Shown: one piece after another, positions 32,501 to 43,456 of the stretch | Numbering within the stretch: the stretch's first letter is position 1 | Layout of the letters: every line of letters begins with the position of its first letter | Origin: Hormiphora californensis | Taxonomy: Eukaryota; Animalia; Ctenophora | DNA length: 64,000 bases | NCBI GenBank assembly: GCA_020137815.1 | Contig: CM035358.1 | Span: forward strand, 4,092,001-4,156,000 | Direction: 5' to 3' | Notes under the pieces: generated by a model | Databases searched by the model: none | What the model was told of the DNA's origin: nothing | What the model saw: only the letters and a program-made list of their open reading frames with translations | Translations under genes and position numbers: made by a program

Positions 32501-32982
32501 TACACCACACTGATTTTTGTTTTTGGTTCAGTTGGCCCAGGATTTACAATATTGGGCTGATGGATAACAATAAGTAATTTTGCTAAAGTCGATAGAAAGA
32601 TTAATAGTACGACGAGTCGACACTTAACTATGATTTTGGAACAGGCGTTCCCTAATTTCCCCGTACTTTTGAATATCACTAGGGTTAAAACACAATTAGC
32701 ATACCAGATGTAATGCTGGTTGATACTCTTACCGACTTCTTCTCGGCCTGCTTCCTTACATAGTTCTCTAAGGGGCAGAGAGGAAGTACATCTGGACATG
32801 GAGCCTAAAAGAATAAGTATTAGTATACTGTAACTTAGGTAGAGAGTCAAATGTAATGGTGATATTGATGATGTTTGTCTGTACTGTCTGTCAAGGGTTT
32901 TGTCAGTCGAAATTTTTCTTTTTCCACCCCTCCCCCCTACGAACCTCCCAATAGTTTGTCTGTACTGTTCAGCACTAATCAT
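29600..32982 (-). pseudogene. LINE ORF2: hydrophobic leader + NPGP, AP endonuclease, reverse transcriptase; several frameshifts
   Basis: YRQTIGRF, NIVNPGP, YCNVNGL, LNETWL, YRKDR, GGGV, IIGDLN, KATGPDNI, NVVPVHKK..NYRPISLT, QHGFLPLKSC, DFQKAFDSV, LYADD, EWNNLP. Confidence 0.9.
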
Positions 32983-33114
32983 CGTGGGGGTTTTGGAAAT
33001 TGGGAATTTGGCACCAAGGGTTCACGGAGGGTATGTATTTGGAGTAATAAAACGACTTCTCCCCAAACATATATATATTATCAATGCAGCCAGCTTAAAA
33101 CTTCAGCAAAATAT

Positions 33115-34666
33115 TCAGCTTTGAACTTCGTTATAAATCAAATCGGTTAAGACCGAATATCCTAGTTTGTTTAGATGCACACCATCTCGACAGTATAGTG
33201 CCGAGTTAAAAAACATATCATAAGTTAAAAAATCAGCTATCCAGCTCACGTATCTGCAATTCATGAGATGGGACACACAATTTACAATTTTGTTGTACAT
33301 GGTTACATTATTGACCGTGTAAGAGAAATCCCCTCTCAGGGGAAGGACATGTGTGATCACTATCTCCGGGTCCCCATACAACCGTCTAATCTGCCTCACT
33401 AGGTGGCATAGTGCCCCTTGGAGTCGGTTCTTCGTTGTACTGTTCTCACAGAAGTTCTTATCAAACCTAATATCGTTCGTACCATAGCAGATAACAACCT
33501 TCTTAAAGTGTGCATCAGGGTGGTTCTGGTGGTACCTGGACAGCTCTTCAAACGCTGTAGTACCCTTCCATTTTGAATGGGGCTTCACAATCCTTGCACC
33601 CGACACAGAGATGTTCTCTAGCCCCAGGATCTCAGGTACCCATTTGGACAGGCTCGTACCCAGGAGCAGAGTAGTGGGGCTCCTAGGGTTGACGGCATGT
33701 CGCAAGGAAGGGACCACTCCAGATGGTGTAGGGAGTAAGGGTGGTCTAAGGGACGGTACCACTGGGGGAGGAGGAGGAAGGGAAGGATCCGGTTGATATC
33801 CGTCCCCATTAGGAGGAGGAGGTGAGTGCTGGACTCCTACTGTTGCTCTCGGTGGTGGAGAGGGCAGTCTCCGTGGGCTCCGTGGTGGTGGTGGTACCAG
33901 ATCTGTCGAGGGGAGCTGTGGGGTTGCTCTTCTGAAGGACAGAGCATACCGCTTCTCAGTAGATCGTTTTTGACCGCCGGCGTGCTTCAGGGAATCCTGA
34001 CATCCTGGGTGTGAAGTAGGAGGAACCAGCAACCAGTTCCAGGGTGAGAGCTGGCGTGGTCCTTCCATCTGCTTTGTAGGGTAAGAAATCCACTTTACCC
34101 GGCGCTCCGACAGTTAACACGACAATCGGGGAGGACTTATCCATCGTCACCTCGAAATCGTTGTGATAACCCACACCGACACCAGTGTCGTATCTTGTGA
34201 CCAGACACGAATTTAGCCTCCAACCTTGCATATTGTTCATAGTGTTCATGATCCGCTCTATAACGGGGAATTCCTCAAGGGCGACTGGGGTCAGCTTTTG
34301 TTCAGCAAGCTGTTGTCCCCTTTTATTGAACCAACTATAGGGCATTCCTGTGGACGTTACCCAAGTGTTTTTCTCTGTTAAATCCATGACCTCACCATGT
34401 AGCAATTTGAGGTCATCTTCGCCCACATAATCTTCGACTACCTCCACATACCGATTAGGATCCTCAGCTGTGGTGCAGTCTGGTACTCTTCTGGATATCT
34501 CGACGTTGAGGTGTTCTATCAGTCTGTCTAGCTGGGCTAGGGACAGTTCGGACAATCCTTGGATCAGCCTTAGGTCGATGTCATTATCATTTATCAGTAC
34601 CCCCTCACTTGCGATATTGGAGAGTGGGATGGGGGACTTCGGACTGGGTGGGGGTAGTGTGGCCAT
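33115..34666 (-). CDS. LINE ORF1: AlkB-family 2OG-Fe(II) dioxygenase + Pro-rich linker + SGNH/GDSL esterase; one frameshift near 34012
   Basis: LNSCLVTRYDTGVGVGYHNDFE..PIVVLTVGA..LVAGSSYF[frameshift]HPGCQDSLKH..RYALSFR gives HxD...H...R-x5-R. Then LLGTSL, SGA, YGTND and DGVHLN give SGNH blocks I, II, III and V. Confidence 0.85.
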
Positions 34667-35098
34667 GTTCCGCTATCTTAGTATGCCATACTAAAACACA
34701 TTGGCTAATTCGAGGTCATAGACCTCAAATTAATTTGTTTAAAGTAGTGCCGAAAAGCTTGCATTCGTTAATATAGGTCACGGTGTCCCTTAAGGAGGTG
34801 AAACCTCGACTAGATACAGTTTTTTGGAGACCGGACCTAGGTTACGTATTTTTGACCGAGGAATCCGAAAAACATAAAATTAAAATCGAAAACGTAGCGG
34901 TTTTTGCGTAAAACGGCAAAAACTGTCATTTTTCAGCGATTTTCGACTTTTTACGCTTTCTAGAGATTTTAAAAATATTTCCTTACAAGATATGATATTG
35001 TGTTTCTAGATTAATAAGATACAATCGATTTGCTACAAATTGGTCTCGGGTTTGTGTGATTTGGTCAAAAGCTCTCTTTACTGTGGCCCATCAAAGTA

Positions 35099-35189
35099 CA
35101 GTCTGTATTTGATCCCGATTTAGCGGACAACCCGATTTAACAGACAAAACCCTTTCCCCCGAGGGTGCTGTTAAATCGGGGTCCGACTG
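35099..35189. mobile_element. Tc1/mariner-type MITE (partial)
   Basis: TA-CAGTC...GGGGTCCGACTG-TA; same family as 58351-58523. Confidence 0.75.
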
Positions 35190-35835
35190 TATATGTGCAT
35201 TAATCTTCTCGACCAGAAAATAGTATTTAATGTAAAATTTACGGTCAAATTTTACTGTCGAAAATGACTTAAAACTGAAATAATACATTTATCCTCAAAA
35301 AATCAATGCATGAGTGACGGGTGCAATGCACCCGGTGCATTGAATTCTAAAAATGATGCTTTGTCTTTCTTCTCTTGGTATTTGGTGCCGTCTCACTTTG
35401 GATTTTCAAGTTTTATAAATCAGGGAAGACGTATGGTTATTAAATGTTTAATAGTTAAATTAATTATTTGGTCAACAAAAGTTACATGGTGAAATCAATT
35501 TTCCGTCAACAATTCTCAAACACTAGACGATATATGATTGTCCCAGCAGCTGTAATCAAGAGGGCAAAAACTCTGAAAATATATCTAACAAACAATCGCA
35601 CAGACAAACAATCGCACAAACTCAAACACTCTTACAGACAATCACAAACTCAAACACTCTTACAGACAATCACAAACTCGAACACTCTCGGCTTCCAGTT
35701 CATAATTTATCACAAATGTGCCCGCAAACACTCTTAGCTGGGTCTTATCCACAAGAACTTGATTCTCGATATTATGTCAAAAACTTAGAGAAGATATTAA
35801 TTAATTAATTAACTAACTAATTAACTTTACACTGA

Positions 35836-38800
35836 TCAGTGTCCTGTGAATCGCTTGAAGACATACGGTGTAAGGACACGGTACCACACGACACGAAGGA
35901 AGAAATCCACAAACTCGAAGATTGTGACAATGTTAGCACCAAGGAAAAGTCCTAGCTGACCTCCAACGTCTCCTGCAAAATTATAAATTGTTACAATCAA
36001 CAAATTCATTGAGGGAAAACATTCCGGATGATGATAATATGAACCTCAGGTATCAGTTGTAAATAGCCGTGATCTGAGGTTTAGATAGGGAAGTCATCTA
36101 TAACCTGTCAGGCCAATGCTCTGACCACAGTTCTCGCGCGCTCCGAGAGAAACGAGAATGGGTCAGGCCAATGCTCTGACAGTCTATAACAAGTATACCA
36201 AGTCATGGGATGAATGAGGTATGGAATCTTAACTTACCCATAAGATTAGACCATTTGTATGAACCCACTTTTTCCACCTCTTTGATTGACAGAATTTCAA
36301 AGTAGATATGGACCTTGAGCATGTTCTCTCTGAAAACAAAGGTTCAATACACACACACAAGATCGAATAATGAATCCGGTAAATCGAGGTTTCGGTAAAA
36401 TCGCGGTTTCGAGGTTTGACTGCACCATATTTTACCATGGTAACACCCCCCGACTAGATAACAGTACCTGTAATACGTGATATCCCGAGGAGGCGAATCA
36501 GAGGAGCTACTGTTATTGGCTGCATCCGCTCTTCTCTTATTCTCTTTCGTGATTGCCTCCCCGTACCTTTTGGAAGGGTACTCGGCAGTTGATAACGTAG
36601 CACTGAAAAAAGAAGGGGGTTTACAAAAAAACATGGAAAAAGGGGGCTTTCAAAATCTGGTAGATAAGCCGATTATTGGTCGAACATATCAGTACCCCGG
36701 TAGTATACTCGCCCTACCCACCCCACCCACCCCAACCGCCCCAACCGCCCTACCCACCGGCTACCCATCTTACATGTAATTCTCAGACACACAGGCATCC
36801 TGACACTGGCAGTATGGCTTATCCATAAAGTCACCAGCGTGATACTTTTTAATCACACCCTCCACACAGTCTTCCTCGTCAAACAGTGTACACTCCTTCA
36901 CGCCACTCGCTGGAATTGGAATTGCTAGTTGCTATGTGAACAAATGTCTGTAAATAAAGATCATACTCATGGTAACTATGGTTACAACAAGAGTCATGGT
37001 TACCATGGCAACACAGTCATGGTTACCATGGCAACACACTCACGGGGAAGGTAGTAGCTGGTACAATCACATTCCTCTTTGAGGGCCATGGTAAAACACA
37101 TCCTCTCGCACCCTGATACACTGAAACACGAGTTTTTGTTGTAAAGGAGCTAAGACGTGGGCAACGGAACACAAGGGCCGTGCAATTCTGTTCCCTAACG
37201 GTTTATATGCTACGACCTAGCCTCCTAGTAGTAGTCTCCTTTCAGACCAACGCCTAATAGTAGTTTGACCCGCATTAGACTTCTGTTAAGTACCTGTAGT
37301 TTCCAAATGGAAGCGTTGTATCTTTGGTACAGTTCCCGTAGGGCGACTCCAAGTTACGGATCTGAAATGATATCGATTTGATAAGCTCTTTCGTAGAACA
37401 CGTAGGTAGGGAAAATTGACATGGCTAGACAGGGAAACTTGTATGTGATTAGTGAGCCATGAGGGCTATTGATTGTTTTGCTTTGGTTTTCCCTCAAGAC
37501 CTAAATAGGAATCTTGAGATCAGAGTACCCGAGGCTCAAGTACTATATCCGATCTCAAGATTTCCCAATTTTCCAGCTTGTGTAAGCCCACGTGGGATGT
37601 GACGGAAATACTTCACACCAGTAACTTTGCCTTGGCAAAGAGCTTACATTTTCAACTTGCCAACGTACTTTGTGTGTGTGTTTTAGCTGTGTACATCTCG
37701 ATATATCAAAGTGGCAATTAACTGACATGTGATCAACCCTTCTCGAGATAATATCTCACTACCTTGTTATGTTCTAACCCTCCTGCGGTGAAACAGGGTA
37801 CCGAACACCACCGCCATGGTTCGAGTACGGGACATCATGGCCCACTTTGACATTCTCCATCCCTACCACCTTGGATACCTACTCCTCTTTGCCTACCTCT
37901 CAATCCCCGTCCATCTGGCCCATAAGATAACACTCTCCACGGCTCTCCAACTAGGATTTACCGTCTGGAGCACTGCCATCCTTGTCCTATGTGTGACTGC
38001 TGCGGCTCTCTGGGGACCAGCTGACTCCATCTGTAGGAAGACTCTAGCGATGGAGTTGTGTGCTCTGTCCGGGGCACTGTTTACTGGCGGACTCTTTGTC
38101 AGATGGATGAGTGGGGTGTTTGTGCTGGGAGCCATGGTAACCGTCGTCATGGTGTGGATGGAAACTGCACTGCTGGTTTGGGGATCCGAGATAACGATCT
38201 ACAAGAACATCCTCATTACCCTTAGAGCTGTCCATATCCTCGTCTTGGACCTGTTACTCCATATGTTTGATGTCCAAGTTGGCTCGGATAAGGGATTCAT
38301 AGCCCTCGCGTTTATTATCTCCCTGGCTCTCTCTTTCTGTCTCACCTTCATTCCTGGGTCTCCAGAGTACTACCTGGGACAAAAGGATATCCCCCGGGCA
38401 AAACGTGAAATGGGCCGGTTGTGTGTCATGCATGACCTTGCTTATGGGGCGAGCAACGCCATAACCCCAGAGAAAAACCAAAAAGTTGAACTCCGAGACT
38501 TGGACCAAATTCTGATGTTACTGATGGTATCTGGGTCGCTGATGTGTCACCCGGCATCCCTCACCTCCCTTCTCCTCCCTTCCCATGAACTCCTGACGCT
38601 CTCACTGGTACTAATCCTCTTCGTTCTCCTCAACTGCATTGCCCTAAATCTCATCAGGAGTAAGAGCATGTTAGTGTTCTGGACGACCATCCATCTGACC
38701 ATGGTTGTCAATCTGATAATCCTACAATGCTGGCCTGAAGATGATGGTGATGTCATGGCAACTGAGTCTTTCCAACGTTTCTACGTGACTGTCAAAGTCC

Positions 38801-41800
38801 TTGGAGTTCTTGTACGGACCCTGCTGACCCAAGTTATCCTGTATATCACGGTCAAGAGGTGTCCAGTTTCGGTGAAACACCGAGTGATTTCCATGGTGAT
38901 CGGAATGCTGGTGTTCGGATGTTCTGTTCATGAGATTCTGGGGGGAGAGTCACTTTTTGTCCTTGGAAATTGTGCCTTGTTGGGGATTGTGGCGCTGCCA
39001 AAACTCATGGGAGTAAGTAATATTGATACGCAACGATACTTCGATGCGTACCTTCGATATGTTCAGTGATTGTTTTAGAATACGCTGCAGCCCCCTCATG
39101 TAGTCAAGGGGCCTGCAACGTTTACCAAGTGACTGTTGTATTTTCAAAAGTTGTTAATTAAATTTGAAATCAAAATTTTAAAAAGGATTCTTACCCTCTC
39201 GTAGCTAAGACTAATGTAATTCTCAGTCCCAGGGGCCAGGGCCATTCCATATTCATCAATCAAGGCAGGCTCGTAGAAATTATGAAACATCACCTGCAAT
39301 AAGTATGAACTACAGCTTAGGGTGTGTTGGAAACGATCCAAAAAGGAACACTCTAAATCAGCCCAGATTTTTATCAAAGATGTCACATGACTGTAGTTCA
39401 AGAGTACAAACCTTTAAGCCAGCAGTGGTTATGAAATCTGGGTATCCATCTTGATTGATATTCAAACTGAACGATAACCCAAAATCCATACCTGGAAGAG
39501 AAAATAGGTCAGTTACCACCGTTCAAGAGACGCATTTCACAATTACTGATCCCTATAACCTAAACTACTCCAAGTCTAACTAAATTTGTTGACAAACGGT
39601 TTATCTCAGTCAAGCCCAGTAAATAACTGTTAGAACATGACCCGTACCTGTTCGGTTGACCTTCTTATCTCCCTTATCATTGAAAGTCCAGCAGAGACCG
39701 TGTGTGGTAAACTTCTCTACAAAAGCATCGCTTACATTGATATTTTCCTCCAGAAATACTGCCTTTTCTGGATGGATGAAAGATCAGTGTGTATAGTTAT
39801 TTCATGTTTGGAAGAAATATAGGCTAGCTGATGTATCGTTTACTAAGTAGTACTTGAAGCAGAAAACTAGTCTGTTGTACAATTGGAAAAGGTCTTTGTT
39901 CTTCTAAGTTTAGAAAAACAGACGTTTTATAGCATGCAAGAAACATTAAAAGTAAAAAGTTAATTGGACCCAGAATGATTCAAGGATGAGATTAGCAAGA
40001 TCGATCTGGTAGTTGAGTGGCACCCTCGTCCCTGTGTCAAACAGCTGGGAAGCAGAGCTGCCCCAACAAGGGTGCCAACTGCCACCCAACTAACAGGACC
40101 CGAAGAAAAGAATGTATTTACCGATAAAGTTTTCCAACCGTTGCCCGGAATCTCGGTAATAGTTTTTAACGTTAAAGTTTTGAAACCGTTGTTTTGGAGG
40201 CTCTGCCATCGGCACTTTTGGGAGGTCTGGCGTCAACCATGTCTTGCTTAGGTAAAACCTGCACAATGATTTTATATGTCATGGACGTTTAGGAGCGATA
40301 ATTAGAAGTAAATGAGTAATTATTGCAACTAAAATCCGCTAAAGAATGAAAACAATGTCCATGGCCCGACAAACATCTCCTCTCCTACCTCATAGGGTCA
40401 TTTGGCTCCAAGTCAAGGAAGGTCCTATTATGAGGGTTCATATTGCATATTGTGATGGCTGGAAACCGAATTTCCTTTCTCGGCTCGTAGAACATGTTGT
40501 ATTTGGTTGAGGTGGGTCGCTTGATGTATGTGTCGAAACTCCGGAAACAGCACATGAAACTGGAAGATGAGATAAGAAGATGAGATAAGAAGATGAGATA
40601 AGAAGATGAGATAAGAAGATGAGATAAGAAGATGAGATAAGATATTAGACGTTAGGGTGGGATAAGTTGTTAGTAAAAGGGAATTTTCCCTGCCCCAGTG
40701 ATCATTTTAGCACAGGTTTTAGAAATCTCGGATTTTCCCGTTGTCAAAAAGGGTAACCATGTCACGGAGATATTACCTGTAAATGAAGAACCCGAGGAAG
40801 AGTGCGCCCCAAACTAACTTCCTAATTAGCTCAGGACTGTTCCACACGTATCGAAGGTAGTTGAGGGTCATGTCACCCGTAAACTCGGCAAATGTTTCAG
40901 ATTTCGAGTTATTCTCCGGTGGGCCACTCTGAAACATATTATACACCTTGAAAAGGGATGTGAATTTTGCGGTAATTTCTCATTTGCCGCATACGGCGTC
41001 TAGACGGCGTCGCAACGCCGTCTAGACGGGGTTTGATAAAATCAGCTAAAAACGGTACCAAAATTGCTTGAAATGGGTTATAAACGGTATCAGACGGGTT
41101 ATAGACGGTGTTGCAACGGTATCAGACGGTCTCTACTTCTAGACGGTGTCTAGACGGTACCGTCCCGGTGTCTAGACGGTGTCTAGACGGTGTCGTCTCA
41201 AAGTTGAGACCGCACGTCTGAAAATTGTACCAGAAGTTGAGACGGACTTTTATAACCCCGTCTGTAACTCAGACGGGGTTCTAAAAGTACGTTTGAACGC
41301 AGTCTAAAGGACAATCGATGAACGTACCGTCTCAACAACGTCTCAACTGAAACCGGTAAACACACCGTCTAAACAACGTCTAAGCAAAATCTCTCGATTC
41401 ATTTTCAAGTACCGTCTATACAACATCTCCAGCGATTTCGATACGAATACCGTCTAAACAACGTCTATCTCTATCTCACCTTGATAGTAGTCTCTTCTTC
41501 TCTATCTCGTATAACAGGGTCCTGTCTATCCTCACCCATCAGCGAGTCGTGCCAGGTGTGATGGGGCTGGTGTATTGGCACGGTACCAGGTCGTACCATG
41601 GGTCTCATTTTGAGAGAGTTGGTGGGGGTGGCAGTCACTGACGACATAACTGGGTACTGAAGTTAATAAAGGGGGATCAGTTGACACACCGGACTCAGAA
41701 TTATAGGGAGACATAGAATGAATTGAATTGTCAAGCGACCTAAATTAAAGACTGCCAACCTAAAATATTATAAGTTTCAAACTACAATAATTGCTAATTA

Positions 41801-43393
41801 CTTACTTGTTTTTTACTAATTACCTTGGGAGCGAGGATCTTCGACTGACCGTTCGACCAGGGACCTGTTCTAAAGGAACCGGGACTAGAATCGGACTGAG
41901 ATCGTTTCACTTTATTCCTATTATCTCGCTCACTCGGTGTTTGGTATTCGTTCCCACTGTGAAGCAAGAGCACGTCCAGTAGTATCTCAAGCTTCACGTG
42001 AAAAACATGCCAACTCAAACTCTCAAAACACAGATAATTCAGTCAGCTCAGACAAACTCAAAACTATCTTGATGCCATGCGTCTGGTGCTCCATCACTTT
42101 AGCGCACAGTGCGTCATATGACGGAGCACCACGGAATTCAAACAGACCAGATGGCATGCACTCAGAAAAGCTACAGCTCTAAGCAAAAAGGTACAAAAAG
42201 ATACAAAATTACAAAAGATACAAGAAACAGCTTCTACTATGTTACCTCTGGTAAGCAGGCTCAGTAGGGGGCACACAAAAAGGCGCAGGATAGGGCCGAA
42301 ACTCGTTCTTCTTTTTCACAGGTCCACCAGCACCGGTGGATACAGCAGCCGGTGGGGGCGGCGGAACGGGAGGGGGCGATCGGAATACCTAAAAACACAC
42401 TTTAGTATTGTGTTGGAATGCGCTACAGGCCCCCGTAGAGGGGTCTGCAGCGTTTGCCAAAGTTATTGAGCTGTGCGGGGGTTAATAGGAACAAATCTCG
42501 GACAATGAACGTCTGTGATGATCAGACGGCACACGCCCAGGCCGTTCCTAACATACCAGGAACCGACCGAATCAGGAAATACTGGTCCCTGATTGGCTGA
42601 TAACCAGTCACGTGACCTAACATACCTGGTGTCTATGGGCAGGGTGGTGTCTCCGTTGCTGTCTAGGATCATAGTCAGACTCGTCCTGACTATCAGGAAC
42701 TAGACCCCTGAAACATGTATGTGTTCATCGCACTTTATCTCACGACTTCTCTTAGACTGGCCAATATTACCAATTAAATGGTGAAGAATGGTCATAATTA
42801 TTATAGTATGTTTTCAATTTGCATGTTAACATGAAAATTGAAAACAGTCTTAAAAAGCTATATATGCCACTGCATTAAAACGATATTACTACAAAGTAAA
42901 ACCTTCCCAGCATCCTACCTAGCACCGCCATAGTAAGGCATCTATTATCTAATTACCTATAGGGCATCAGCCGTTGTTACAATTGAGAACGTTGGGCTCT
43001 AGTCTTACCTATAGGGCATGTTAGGGTAGGGAACCCTGGCAGGCATCTTCGTGAACCTCCTACTATCACTGCTCTGGTCCGCGTTGTTGTAGATGTATCC
43101 GGGGTGGTGTGGTGGTGCTGCGTAGTGTTGCTGCTGGTGTGGAGGAGGGGGCGGGGGGACACGGAACTCTCGTCGCCTGGGACACCATGAATCATGATCC
43201 ATACATGTCAATCAAACAAACATCAAATGAATGATAGGATAATGAGAGAACACAAGACATAGAGATAGAGAGAAAGATAGAGAGAGAGAGAGATAGAAAG
43301 ATAGAGAGATGAAGAGATAGAGAGAAAATATAATAACGAGATCCCTCCTTTCAGTGCTTGATAATTAGTGCTCATTACCACCACTACGCAGCT

Positions 43394-43456
<63 letters not shown>

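Larger units (their letters stand above)
29410..34800 (-). mobile_element. Near full-length CR1/L2-type LINE: ORF1 (AlkB + SGNH) and ORF2 (leader, 2A-like, APE, RT)
   Basis: Two colinear ORFs on the same strand separated by a 132-nt spacer; APE, RT and C-terminal motifs occur in canonical order; both ends are approximate. Confidence 0.88.

Noticed and set aside
36238-36330. ENaC pseudogenisation by frameshift
   Set aside because: It is a single extra base in a homopolymer run, more likely a sequencing error; the other core exons are intact.
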